A stretch of DNA of 64,000 nt, from the NCBI RefSeq assembly GCF_009914755.1, contig NC_060925.1. One strand, given 5' to 3'. Within the stretch, counting starts at the first letter, position 1, and each line of letters starts with the position of its first letter. Below, piece after piece: positions 13,942-27,158 of this stretch. Under the pieces are notes generated by a model. That model saw only the letters and a list, made by a program, of their open reading frames with translations. It had not been told where the DNA came from and searched no databases. Position numbers and translations under genes: made by a program. Source of the DNA: the human T2T-CHM13v2.0 reference genome, Homo sapiens.

Positions 13942-14559
13942 AGAGATAGAAACAAAAGCTAAGTTAGAAAGTTGCTCAGTAATGAAACAAGACTAATTTT
14001 ACAGTGTGGCACACAGCCAATATCTTTCAGTGTTTTTTTTTAAGTCTCATAGTAATGTACAATAATATATAAAAACATAGGACAGTAAAAACACATTGAT
14101 CCATAGGTCTGTGTGGTGTTTAATACATTAAAAAAATAAAAAAACACATTGAAATCCAAGGTGGGTAGTTGGAAATATGAACAGGAAATGATAAGGAAGC
14201 TTGTCTTTATCTATTGGGCCTTGGAAAAAGAAGGGGTAGGGGGAACAAATTTTCTGAGAATTCAGCATCATGAGCTTGCATTTCATGTGGATTTGGGGGT
14301 TAAAGTTAACACCCCATATTCAAGAGTGAGGATAAAACAAAGATATTTCAGAATATTTACTTACAGTCCCTCATTGGAAGACCTTCTAAAATTTTTATGC
14401 TAAATGTTAATATATACATTAGGGAGAAGAAAACGGAATTCAGAGAAAAAGAATGGGATGCAACACGTTTTTTTGAGTATACTACTGATTTATACATGTA
14501 TAAATCTAAGCAATCATTAATAATAAGCTTATATAGTTCGGGGTTTTGAAAATAAGATG

Positions 14560-14730
14560 GAAAAATTGCCTATTGAGTAGTGTTCGCTACTCAGGTGATG
14601 GTACAACCAAAGCCCAGGCTGTTTTTTTGTGGTACAGCAAAAGCCCAGGCTCCACCACGACACAATATATGCACGCAGGAAATCTGTATTTGCACCCCCT
14701 AAATATTTAAAATATTTTTAAAAATAATTA
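14560..14730 (+). mobile_element. L1PB/L1MA 3' end fragment
   Basis: aattgcctattgagta...caaagcccag...acaatatat...ctgtatttgcaccccctaaat. Confidence 0.6.
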
Positions 14731-16733
14731 AAGAAAAAATAAGATGGAATCAAAATCATAACAAAGATAAAAATTATATTAAGCTCTATGATGTTCATTA
14801 AGAACAATACCTAAACATAAAAATGTAGAATTCTGGAAGATAGGATGTTAAACAGTGATTAGAAGACAAATATTTAGCAGAAAAAAAAGCTGATGTAGTT
14901 ACATAGATATCAGGCAAAAGAGGAGATAATAAAGGTAACTGCTACATGAATAAAATAGACCAAAAGAAACAATAAAATTGATCAAAGAAACTTAGAGTTA
15001 ATTCTTTGAAAAAAACGAATAAAATGGAATACCAAGTTTTTCTTTGACAGAACTCAAATACAATCCTGAGGGAAGAAAACAAGTGTATAATGATACAGAC
15101 TGTTTCATATCATTTCTATACATTTTAACTCAGAAAACAATATTGCATATTGCTCATGGACCTATTAAGTATTTAAAATTATAAAAATGGATGAAAGGTT
15201 CTATTAAAAATTCATAATTGTTGCACACTAAAAATAAATATACTAATGGGACAGAGAGGGAAAGCAAAAAAGCCAATTGAGAAAAGCAAATATTAGAGTC
15301 TTTATAATTGTATGAGCATAGGTCTTATTTGAGTACTAATATTTAAATCTAACCCGAGGAAGCCTCTCATAAGAGGTTATCTTAATTAACCAAATGAAAA
15401 AGAAAGCCTTCCAGAAAATGGAGATCATATTCTTTCTTAACACACAACAGTAATATGTGCCATTAAAAAGTAAATCATTCATTAGTGATAAAACTCAAAA
15501 TGATGTTAAAAAGCAAAATGCTTCTTTTTGTGGTATTCAAAATATTTAACACAGAGAGATTCTTAGTAAATGACAGCCTGACTGCTATTTAATTTACCTA
15601 AAACTAAAAGCAAATGAGATTTTAAAATCAAGTTACTTCATTCAAAGATTTGAATTAATGAGACAATAAAAAGAAAAAGCTGCCTTTGTTTACCTTAGTT
15701 TGTTCTGGCATGAAATAAGTCAGACCCATATTAGCCTTGGGCATCAAGTTTTTTTTCTGACCTATGCTATCTAAAAGCCCTGTTCATTAAAAATAATAAA
15801 TGCAAAAATCATACTATCCCACTTTCTTGATATAGCCAGAGTAACTAAAGTTTTGCATATGACTAAATGAATAGGTGAGTAATTCAGTTAAAGGAAACTA
15901 ATTTGAAGAGAAGTTTCAATTTTCTCATAGGCTGTATGTTATATTCTTGCTCTAGATCTAACAAGAAAATGTTTTATAGAAAAGACTCTTGGCATCGATT
16001 TGATTTATGTTAAAATAGAAATCAACAGAGCTCTTTATTTGCAGTGAATGATACTTTCTCCTGAACATTATGACCCTTAGGAATACGTTGACACACATAT
16101 TACAAGAATATGTAATGCAGTAATGATAATACGAGACATTTTAGGTATCACCTAACACCATTTCTTGAAACTGGATGTCCGTTTTAATGAGTTAGATTAC
16201 TTGTACCTGGACTTCATGTATACTCAGTTTCTCTTGGAGAATATGAATCCTTTTAAGTATTTGTCAGAATGATAATATGAATGCAATAAGAAATAACACT
16301 ATTGTAATAATATACACAAATACTGAATGTAATACTAACAACAGCATATATAAATACTAGCAACAGCATATATATGAAAAGCAGAGATACTTATATATGA
16401 AGAATTTTTATATAAACATGGTATAACACTAATTCATATTTTTATCCAGAAGAAGGTTGGACACATGGTTGGATATCCATAAAATTAGGAATGATGTGTC
16501 CAAAGTATATTTCATTTTAACTGTTTACATTTTTACTATGTTTATTACAATGGAAAAGAATAGACATTCGTCAACCAATTTTGGTAAATTATCAATATTT
16601 TTGAGGAAAACAATTACATTCATTAATTTTTGTGGCTTATTGAATACTGTGATTGCTTTTACTTTTCAACTCACATAAATTATTTCTAAAAGATTTATGA
16701 GGAACTTGGTTAACTATTTAGATGTTGCTCTGA

Positions 16734-16931
<198 letters not shown>

Positions 16932-16948
16932 TAGATTGATATAGAATG

Positions 16949-16952
<4 letters not shown>

Positions 16953-16986
<34 letters not shown>

Positions 16987-17267
16987 GAGACAGAGGCTCA
17001 CTCTGTCGCCCAGGCTGGAGTGCAGTGCACGATCTCGGCTCACTGCAAGCTCCGCCTCCCGGGTTCACGCCATTCTCCTGCCTCAGCCTCCCGAGGAGCT
17101 GGGATTAGAGGCGCCCGCCACCTCGCCCGGCTAATTTTTTTGTGTTTTTAGTAGAGACGGGGTTTCACTGTGTTAGCCAGGATGGTCTCCATCTCCTGAC
17201 CTCGTAATCCGCCCGCCTTGGCCTCCCGAAGTGCTGGGATTACAGGCGTGAGCCACCGCGCCCAGCC
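16953..17267 (-). mobile_element. AluY
   Basis: TGCAAGCTCCGCCTCCCGGGTTCACGCCATTC and AGCCAGGATGGTCTC diagnostics; long poly-T; 72 bp after exon 42. Confidence 0.93.
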
Positions 17268-17715
17268 CAGATTGTAGATTCTTAATGAGAATTTCTTAAA
17301 TCCTCTTAGAATGACTGTTTTTAAAGAAGACTTTTTGAAAAAAACACACAAACCTTAGGGAGTTGAACGTACTACTAGTTTTTTTTTCCTTGATTTTGAT
17401 AAAAATTTCCTGTCTTATACTGTGTAATTTTTGGCCTCCTAAATTATTCTCTTTTAGGGGATATTTAGAAACTGAAGTATCTCATTTAGGGGATATTTAG
17501 AAACTTAGAAACATAAAAATTACTCTATGTATTAATTTATTTTAAAATTTTGAATTATAATTCAGTTCTCATCACGTTACCAGTCCATGGCACAAGCATG
17601 TTCTTCAGACTCCACCATCCTCCATGACACAGACATTGGTTGGTTTCACTTAATTTCCAATCCAGATTGAGATTTGATGATAATACTCTTGGATGTATTT
17701 GTTGTAGAATTCTAA

Positions 17716-18030
<315 letters not shown>

Positions 18031-18912
18031 TAAAGTGAACTTTTAAGTGACCACAACTTAATGGTATCAAAAACCAAATTAGTAGAATAGTATAATAAAA
18101 AAAAACTTTATATAATCAGTATAATTCTATAACCTCTGATATGAAAATATGTTTTGATATTTTAAATCTTAGGATGTATTTTTCACAATACTGAAATAAG
18201 CCCATATTTCATATGATCAGTCTGTTTACCAGTTAGACAGGCTTAGAAGGATATCATAATATACTGTACTTTATTACAGAAGAACTCCAGAGAGTATCTG
18301 GGGTAAACTATGATAATATTTGGTCTCAAGGAAGATGTGTTTGGTGGGGTCAAACATGCAGGCCTTCCAGTCCAGGAAATCATCTCATGAGGTGCAAATC
18401 AGGGAGGTTGTAAATCCCTGGAATCAGTAATTCTACTAATATTAATACTGATAAGAACATCCTATTATATGTGCCACGTACTGAACTATATATTTTTCAG
18501 AAATCAGCTCAATGAATTCACTCCCCTGCCCCTTACCTAAAGCAAGTATTATTATCCATATTATTCTAACAGAATCAAAGAGATTGCATCATTTCCCATG
18601 GAAGCACAGCTGATAGCGGTAGTGAGGCATCACAAATGAATCTGCCTTTCACCTTTGAGAATGCAGTAATAAGTCAATTTCTGTTCTAACCCATCCATGG
18701 TAATGAAGTTTCTGAATTAGTGCCAGGCTTGATTTTCATTGACTCAGGGACGAGGCAAATCGTAGTCTGCACATTTGAAGATCTTTGGTATCTGAAGTTT
18801 GGCACACACATGGACACACGGGGATTGACGATGTGATTGAGACCTCAACGTATGAACTCAATTTTATAAAGGTCGTTTGCTTTCAGCAGCTAATGACATG
18901 CTTTATCTGTAG

Positions 18913-19045
18913 GAAATCACCTTTCCCAAGATGGTGGCCAACTGTTGCCGTTTTCTCTGTTACTTCTGTCGTATAAGTAGGCAGAATCAAAAAGCTATGT
19001 TTGATCATCTCAGTTATTTACTGGAAAACAGCAGTGTTGGTCTTG
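18913..19045 (+). CDS. RYR2: RYR2 exon 43 (133 nt)
   Basis: tgtag|[48 protein letters not shown]|GTAAGT; phase 0-1. Confidence 0.97.
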
Positions 19046-19119
19046 GTAAGTAAATGACTTTTATTTCATCTTTAAGGTTGAAATAATATAATATTACATT
19101 TAAAAAGCAAACGTTTTGT

Positions 19120-20075
19120 TAAAAAATGTGCAATGGACCTGAATAGACATTTCACAAAAGAAGACAGATAGTTGGCCAATAGGTATATGAAAAAATACTC
19201 GACATCACTCATCATCAGCAAAGTGCAAATTGAAACCACAGTGAGCTATCACCTCACACCTGTTAGAATGCCTATTATTGAAAAGACAAAACATAATAAG
19301 TGTTGGCGAGGGTGTGGGGAAAAGGGAACCCTTATACATGTTGGTGGGAATGTAAACACAGCCATTTTAGAAAACATTAAGGAGATTCCTCAAAAAATTA
19401 AAAATAGAACTACCATATGATCTAACAGTTTTACTTCTGGGTATATATATCCAAGGGAAATGAATAATCAGTATGTCGAAGAGATACGTGTACTTCCATG
19501 GTCATTGCAGCATTATTCACAATAGCTGAGATATGGAATCAACCTAAGTGTTCATCAGTGGATGAATGGATAGGAAAAATGTGGTACATATTCACAATGG
19601 AATGCTGTTTGGCCTTAAAAAAAGAGGGAATCCTGTCATTTTCAACAACATGGATGAACCTGGAGGATATTACATTACATGAAATAAGCTACGTGTAGAA
19701 AGACAAAAACCACATGATCTCACTTTCATGTGGACTCTAAAATCAAAGTCGAACTCATAGAAACAGAGAGTAGAATGAGGTTACCAGGTGTAGGGGGGAG
19801 TGGTTGGGGAGATGTTCAAGGATACAAAATTTCAGTTAGATAGAAGGAATAAGTTCAAAAGCTCTATTATACAGCATGGTGACTATAGTTAATAACAATG
19901 TATAATATTCTTGAAAATCGCTGCCAGAGTAGATTTTGAGTGTTTTCACCACACAAAAGTGTATGTGAGGTAATATGTATGTTAACTAGCTCAATTGAGT
20001 CATTCCACAAAGTATACATATATTTCAAAACATGTACACAATATATACAATTTTTATTTGTCAATTCAAAATACG
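19120..20075 (+). mobile_element. L1MA ORF2 C-terminus plus 3'UTR
   Basis: ORF-track remnants [15 protein letters not shown]...YHLTPVRM and IAALFTIAEIWNQPKCSSVDEWI. Confidence 0.88.
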
Positions 20076-20223
20076 TAAAATTAAACTTTAATGTAAATCA
20101 ATGTAGATTAATACACTATGGATGGTGTTTAGAAATTAAATTTTAAGAGGTAGTATATTTTTGTATGGAGTTTATAGTTACAGCACGATCCAGGTTATAT
20201 TTCATCTTCATTTGAATTAATAG

Positions 20224-20327
20224 CCTCCCCAGCTATGAGAGGTTCAACACCACTGGATGTGGCTGCAGCTTCGGTGATGGATAATAATGAACTAGCATTA
20301 GCTCTGCGTGAGCCGGATCTAGAAAAG
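20224..20327 (+). CDS. RYR2: RYR2 exon 44 (104 nt; S2246 codon TCG at 20271-20273)
   Basis: aatag|[40 protein letters not shown]|GTGAGC; phase 1-0. Confidence 0.97.
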
Positions 20328-20402
20328 GTGAGCAATGTTCCTGCCCTGTGTGTTTGTCTGAATTATGCTTTTTCACGGTTTTCTCAATATTTTAAATATA
20401 AG

Positions 20403-20481
20403 TAAGGTTGGTGCAGAAGTCATTGTGGTTTTGCAATGTGACATTATGGCCAAAACCGCAATTAATTTTGCACCAACACAA
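20403..20481. mobile_element. MADE1 (Hsmar1 MITE)
   Basis: ~80-bp palindrome taaggttggtgcagaagtcattgtggttttg...caaaaccgcaattaattttgcaccaacacaa. Confidence 0.85.
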
Positions 20482-20889
20482 TATGTTCTAGTGCTATTAG
20501 AATTAAAGTACATTATAATTTACATTGCACACTATATAATGTTATATATTACATTGTATATAATTCTACTATACATTATATTGTAGTTAGAAGTTATGAA
20601 GAACAATACATTTGAAAAAATGAATTTTCTCTGATGAGAAACATTTTTCTATGGAAGGAGAACCAACGTTCTGTATCTGTATTCTTATGTGTTTTTTTCT
20701 TTTCGTGATATCTGCTGCCACTTTTGACTTAATCATACACTTCAGTTTTTAAAAAGGTTATTTTGACATCTCATATGTACATTTTATATCACATATACTT
20801 TATTCCAGCACAAAGCATCAGCGATATAGTAAAGCCGTGCACTCTAAGGATACTAAGCCACACATGTGTATTACCAGCATTTAGAGAAA

Positions 20890-21700
20890 CTTTCCCTGTA
20901 TTGTAGTTGCAATAGCATTCCAAGTAGTCACCTGATTTTTTTTCCTTGCTCACCTGGCATCTGTTCTTCCCTTATCAGCCAAAGTGACCCTCTTAAAAAG
21001 ATCATGCCAATCCTCCATCCAGTACTCCCCAAAGGCTTTCTATCTCACTCCCAGTAAAAATCAAAGATGTTGCAATAGCTCCTACATCATCTGTTCCTAC
21101 ATACCAGCCTGATTTCATCTCCTACAGCTTTCCCGCACTCTCTCTTCTTTGCTTCAGCCACCCTTGTCCCCTTGCTGTAGCTGGAACACGCCAACTGTGC
21201 TCAGCCTCAGGGCCTCTGCACCTGCTAGTCCAACCATCTGCAGTATCCTTACCCAAGATACCATCGTGGCTCTTTGTAGGCATTCTTTCAGTCAATGCTC
21301 CAAAGTCACCCTCTTGATCAGCTCTTCCACATCCATGCTGTGTAAAACTGAAACCTTTTCTCCACTTCCTTAAACTCTTCCTGTTTCCTTTACTGCTTTA
21401 TTTTCAACTATTGGAAATGTAAATATTTGTATATTATGTACACAAATATATACTTTCATTTTATTTATATTTATAGAAACTTATATTTTAAATATATATT
21501 AAGATAATAGTATGTAAAATAAATATATTTAATCAAACTCTATGTAGTTATGTATTTTTAAAAATTCATCCCCTACTATAATGTCAAGCCAGGGAGGTCA
21601 GAGTGGTTTTTCCTCTGTTGTTAACTGCTTTGTCCTGCCTTTAGAGAACAGTGTCAGCACTGGGTAGACACTTAGTGCATGGCTGTTGAAGACATGAAAG
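20890..21700 (+). mobile_element. L2 fragments
   Basis: cagccaaagtgaccctcttaaaa, cctcagggcctctgcacctgct, and L2 3' terminus gcactgggtagacacttagt...gttgaa. Confidence 0.65.
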
Positions 21701-21809
21701 AGTGAAACTCTTCCCCAAATCCTCCTGACATACCAGTCCAGGATCATGAAGTCTTGCATCTCTGAGACACCTCAGGACATGTTTCCCCCGTATAGTACTT
21801 AAAATCTTT

Positions 21810-22540
21810 TAATCTACACACTCATTAAAATGGCCAATACTAATGCAGTTGATAATACCAAATGCTGAGAAGGACAAGGAGCAGCTAGAACTCTCTTCTA
21901 CTTCTGTTGTGATGAGTAATGGTACAGCCAGTGTGGAAAGCAGTTTGGCAGTTCCTTAACAAATTAAACATACACCTACCATAAACTATATGCCTAGCCT
22001 TTCCACTGCTAACAATTTACCCAGTAGAAAGGAAAATATATGTCCACACAAAGACTTGGGCATGAATGTTTCTAACAGCTTTATTCGTCATAGCCAAAAA
22101 GTGCAAACAACTTGAATACCGACCATCAATGTATTAGTTGATAAATAACACTGTGATATACCCATATACGGTGAAATGTCATCCCACAATAAAAAAGAAT
22201 GAATTGCTGACATGCTACAGTGTGAATGAATCCCAAAATCATATGCTGAGCGAAAGAAGCCAGGCACAGAAAGATATATGCTGCATGGTTATGTGTACAA
22301 GTGTCCTAGAAAATGCAAGCTAAATTGTAGTGAGAGAAAACCGATTGTCTGGGACTAGGTGTGTGGGGAGAAAGGGACTGCAAAGGGCCCAGGGAGCTCT
22401 GAGGAGTGACGGCAATGTTCTGCGTCTTGATTATGGTGTGTTCTCACAGATGTCTACATCTCTCAAAGCTCATTGAATTTATACTTCAAAGAGATGAGTT
22501 TATTGCACATTGGTTCTCTTGCTTCACTATAGTTGATATA
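21810..22540 (+). mobile_element. L1ME/MC 3' region
   Basis: gataataccaaatgctg...gtccacacaaagacttg...atgctgagcgaaagaagccaggcac. Confidence 0.75.
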
Positions 22541-23163
22541 AAACATTTTTAGCTATATTATTATTTATATTTGAAACTGATTTAACTTAAGCTGGATATA
22601 ACTCAATTTGCTTGATAAGTTGCTCCTCTGTCAGTCTTACTTCCATTGATAATGACTTTTCTAAGGATTTCTTTTAAAATTGAATTTCTTGTGAAATATT
22701 GTAGAGGACTAACATTCGTATAAAACAAAAATATTTTAAGAGGAAAGGCCAGGCAAAAATATGTTATGTGCTAATTTCATCAATACTGAAAAGTGGGTCA
22801 TCTTATCAAAAATTTCCTGAACACTGAAACCTTGGCTAAAAAAGTAAAAGTAACTGCTCAAAATAAGGTGTTTGCTAAATGCTGTGTGTCTGATTTGAAC
22901 CAAGGATGTTTGACTGTGATCTTAGGTTTTTCTCTACGTATTTTCTCACACCTGCTTCCCCATTAAATTGATATATCATTTTGGAAACAATTTCTCTTTA
23001 AAATATCTTTGCATCTCATATAGATCTTTTAATATCTTGAGTGGATTCAGTTTTTACATTGCACCAGAGGTCATTAGACATGTTTGCAATTTATGACTTT
23101 GATAGATAAGGGTCTCAAGTTAAATGCTATTAAATTCAGAAACATTCTTCTTTCGTAGTTTTA

Positions 23164-23463
23164 CACATAATCCTGCAGCTCTTGGCCCACCCAGACAGAC
23201 TTGGTTGCCCTGTCTGACAAGGAATTGCGGGTGGATTTATACAGCAGGCACTGTGGGTGATTGTGGGTAGATGAAAACAGAAGGCACCGCGGGCTGAGGC
23301 TGCTGCTTTATTGTCTCCAAAGTGTTTAAGGAGATGGTGCAAATAAAACAGCAACTGGTTCTAGTCCGTGAGTCTTGAGCCCTGGGCAGATATGTTTGTG
23401 GCATTTATTAAAAAGAATGTCTGCTTAGAGAGAGCTGAAAAAAAAAAAGCTTATAGTAGGATC
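23164..23463. repeat. Unassigned ~300-bp intronic element, copy A (intron 44)
   Basis: Colinear direct homology to 32034-32332, roughly 80% identity by manual alignment. Confidence 0.9.
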
Positions 23464-23689
23464 ATAAATATTTTTATTATGATGCCATTTTATGACGATA
23501 TTTAAATATTTCTAAAGTCTAAGGTTTTACTAAAGGGAGTTCAAGTAGATTATCATGAGAGCAAAAAGAATTTGCAAAAATGCATTTGTTTAAAAGCATC
23601 CTTTAAGGATGTCATTTATTGTATCCAATGTAAGCATCTAATGAGTTTTCAGCCAAGGGATAACTCTTTGTTAATCATGTTGTTTGCAG

Positions 23690-23825
23690 GTAGTTCGTTA
23701 TTTGGCTGGTTGTGGACTGCAAAGTTGCCAGATGCTGGTGTCTAAGGGCTATCCAGACATTGGGTGGAACCCAGTTGAAGGAGAGAGATATCTTGACTTT
23801 CTCAGATTTGCTGTCTTCTGTAATG
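23690..23825 (+). CDS. RYR2: RYR2 exon 45 (136 nt)
   Basis: tgcag|[49 protein letters not shown]|GTAGGA; phase 0-1. Confidence 0.97.
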
Positions 23826-24347
23826 GTAGGACTTGATTTCTTGAGGTCTTTTGAGTTATCATTAAAACTGCATAGAGATATAATAAGGATTCATCTCAGC
23901 ACTTTCATGAAGGAAGTATTAGTAAAGAAATCACATATTTTATAATCGATAGGGGTTTTTCACAGTAACCACTTATAATACAATATTTGTTTACATACTT
24001 CTTTCCTTATTTAAATTAAAATTTTTAGGCATCTAAGTTCTCCTAAATTTTTTATTTTGAATTCTAATAATAGTTTGGATTATGACATCATTCTATAATA
24101 ATAACAAGTTAGTGAGAATCAATAGTTTATGCCTCCATAATGCTTTACTCTGAAAATTTTTAATGCAAGCAAAATTTACTGTGTCTCATATACTTAATGC
24201 TAGCAATTAGGATTACATTTTGGCTTTATTAGTATATTGTTGGGTTTTAGTTATTCTTATACATAGGAAATGATTAGTATAACATTTATTTGTTCAGAAC
24301 TTCCATATAATCATATTTGTTTACTTATCTTCCCCATTCTACTTTAG

Positions 24348-24534
24348 GGGAGAGTGTGGAGGAAAATGCAAATGTCGTGGTGAGATTGCTCATTCGGAGG
24401 CCTGAGTGTTTTGGTCCTGCTTTGAGAGGAGAAGGTGGGAATGGGCTTCTTGCAGCAATGGAAGAAGCCATCAAAATCGCCGAGGATCCTTCCCGAGATG
24501 GTCCCTCACCAAATAGCGGATCCAGTAAAACACT
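24348..24534 (+). CDS. RYR2: RYR2 exon 46 (187 nt)
   Basis: tttag|[37 protein letters not shown]...[10 protein letters not shown]|GTAGGT; phase 1-2. Confidence 0.96.
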
Positions 24535-26229
24535 GTAGGTCTAATATACACACCCTCACGAGTGATCCATACTACTTGATGTGAAATTTTACAAAATATA
24601 TTCTGCATCCTATGAATTGTAATATAACTTGTGGTACAGAAGATTTCTCCCTTTGAAAATATAATGTCTTAGATTTGGAAGAATGAATGGAATTTGGTGC
24701 TGGAATAGGTCGAATGAACAAAGAGAGCTGAAGAAGATGGTGTAGATTTAGCAGAGGGAAATTTAGGTTGTAGAAGATGCATCTTATGAATTTTCCTAGG
24801 GGAGCTAGGGCAAGGTGGGTTGTTGTAAATGATACGAAGTGAACCTTTGGGGTTAGACTGGAGTTTAGTGGGAAGGTAGTTAGAATGAGATTTTATGATT
24901 AGAAAGAGACCTTTCGCAAATGAAAGGGGGACTTGACTAAACAGTTATGGTGGTAAAACCTAGAAAAGGTTTCATTCTGAGGAGTGTGATGCTTTGTTGA
25001 GGTACAGAAGACAGATACGAGAAGCAGTCACTATCTTACATTTATCTGTAGGTATACGTTGTTAATACTAGAGTCCAGTCATCGACATAAGTAAATCCAG
25101 GTGTGATGCTTATCTGTGTAGGTGAATGTCCTCCAGCGGGGTCATGCATCCACACTGCTAGTGCCTCTGGTAAAGATGTAACATAGGGCTTTATTGAGGC
25201 ACATTTCTAAAGAAAAAAAAGAGTTAGAGGGCACGCAATCCTGCAAACCCTTTGTCTTTTACATATAAACTGGGCATAGATGTTCCATGTACACCATAGC
25301 CGGATTTGCAGACTGGGAGCACTCCTAGAGCAAGAATGAGCACTCCCCACCACACACACACACACCATGCTACATGCTTATCAGTTTCCCATGAAGGAAC
25401 CAGGGAGCTCTTAGGTTCTCTCAGTAGTAGAAAATGTATCCAGAGACCTCTGGCCCAGGACCACACTAGCAAGGGTACACCTGAGGGCCTCACGGACAGC
25501 CTTGCATGCCCAGGAATGAGGCTGTCATTCAAAGCCTCACTGTCACTCTGCAGACTGCTGTATTCAGTGGAGACAGCTGTCTGCTGAGTTACCAAGGAGG
25601 GAGGATGTGAGCCTCTAGGGCCATCCAGATTTGGCTCTCATCAGCAAGAGAACATGTAATTATATTTTCCCTGCAGAGATGGGGAGGGAGATATGTTGAG
25701 ATATGTTGGATTCTTTGGCAGGGGTTGCAGGAGGTTGAGTAGTTGGTACAGAGGTAGGTGAGCAAGTGCAATAACATTTATAAAGTACTTGCTCTGGGCA
25801 AGCACTGTACTGGATGCCTTACATGTGACCTTGTATGCCATCTTTGTCACCCTTTCTCTACATGTGTGCCACTTACAGAAATAGTCTAAGCTCACACGTC
25901 CTTTGATCAGTTATTTTCTTTGTTAATGCACTCACTACCACTAGGAAGGAAAAGAAGCCATCAAATAAGCAGTTCCTCCTTTTCCCCTCAAAGGAATCTT
26001 AATACTAAAATTTCCACAGATGTGTTCTTGGTGTTAGAATCTCAAGTCTGATCTTTAACCAGTTGTTATTCTCCCTTAAAAACGTCAAGCTCTACATTAT
26101 AACATATATGAAACATATCAGAAAAATAATGTGTTACCTAGTAGTCCCTTTCCTCGGAGAGATATGTAATAAACATGAAATGTCAGTTATCCCATTTGCT
26201 TTCTCTTTCTTTTGAAACATTCATGAAAG

Positions 26230-26335
26230 TGACACAGAGGAGGAGGAAGATGACACTATCCACATGGGGAACGCGATCATGACCTTCTATTCAGCTTTGA
26301 TTGACCTCTTGGGACGCTGTGCTCCTGAGATGCAT
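26230..26335 (+). CDS. RYR2: RYR2 exon 47 (106 nt)
   Basis: gaaag|[39 protein letters not shown]|GTGAGT; phase 2-0; the weak AAG acceptor is fixed by frame continuity. Confidence 0.95.
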
Positions 26336-26796
26336 GTGAGTTTCTGGGAGTTCAGGAGCAGCAATCCTGATTTCTCTGTGTTAAGACATCTATAGCTGTC
26401 AAAGAGCATAACAGCATCCAAAACCAATAATCTTCATGCTCCATTAAAAATAATAGCTGCAGTCTAATCACTGAACAAGTGTTTGTTTAGTTGGAAATGT
26501 CTCGTTGGTTGTAAAAATTAGTAATGGGATTTCAGTGCAAGTCATTAATAGAGTACTTAAGTTACTCATATATCTCTGAAACTCATACAGCCTCCCACAT
26601 TTTAAGAAGAAAAGAACATATTTTCTCTATGCAATTTCCTCTTATGTTACAGTGCATCCAGAAAACAACTGCTCCTACCAAAAGTCATTTTCTTTTGTGT
26701 ATTTAGCTCTATGTGTTTGCCATCGTTTTAGGGGAAAGTGAGAGGGAAGGTATAGGGGGTGGATATTAAGAGCTATTTAGACCATATAAATTAGTG

Positions 26797-27158
<362 letters not shown>

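Noticed and set aside
17454-17505. Short local duplications (ttaggggatatttagaaact x2; similar ones near 14600, 16330 and 29240)
   Set aside because: Ordinary replication-slippage duplications with no further structure.
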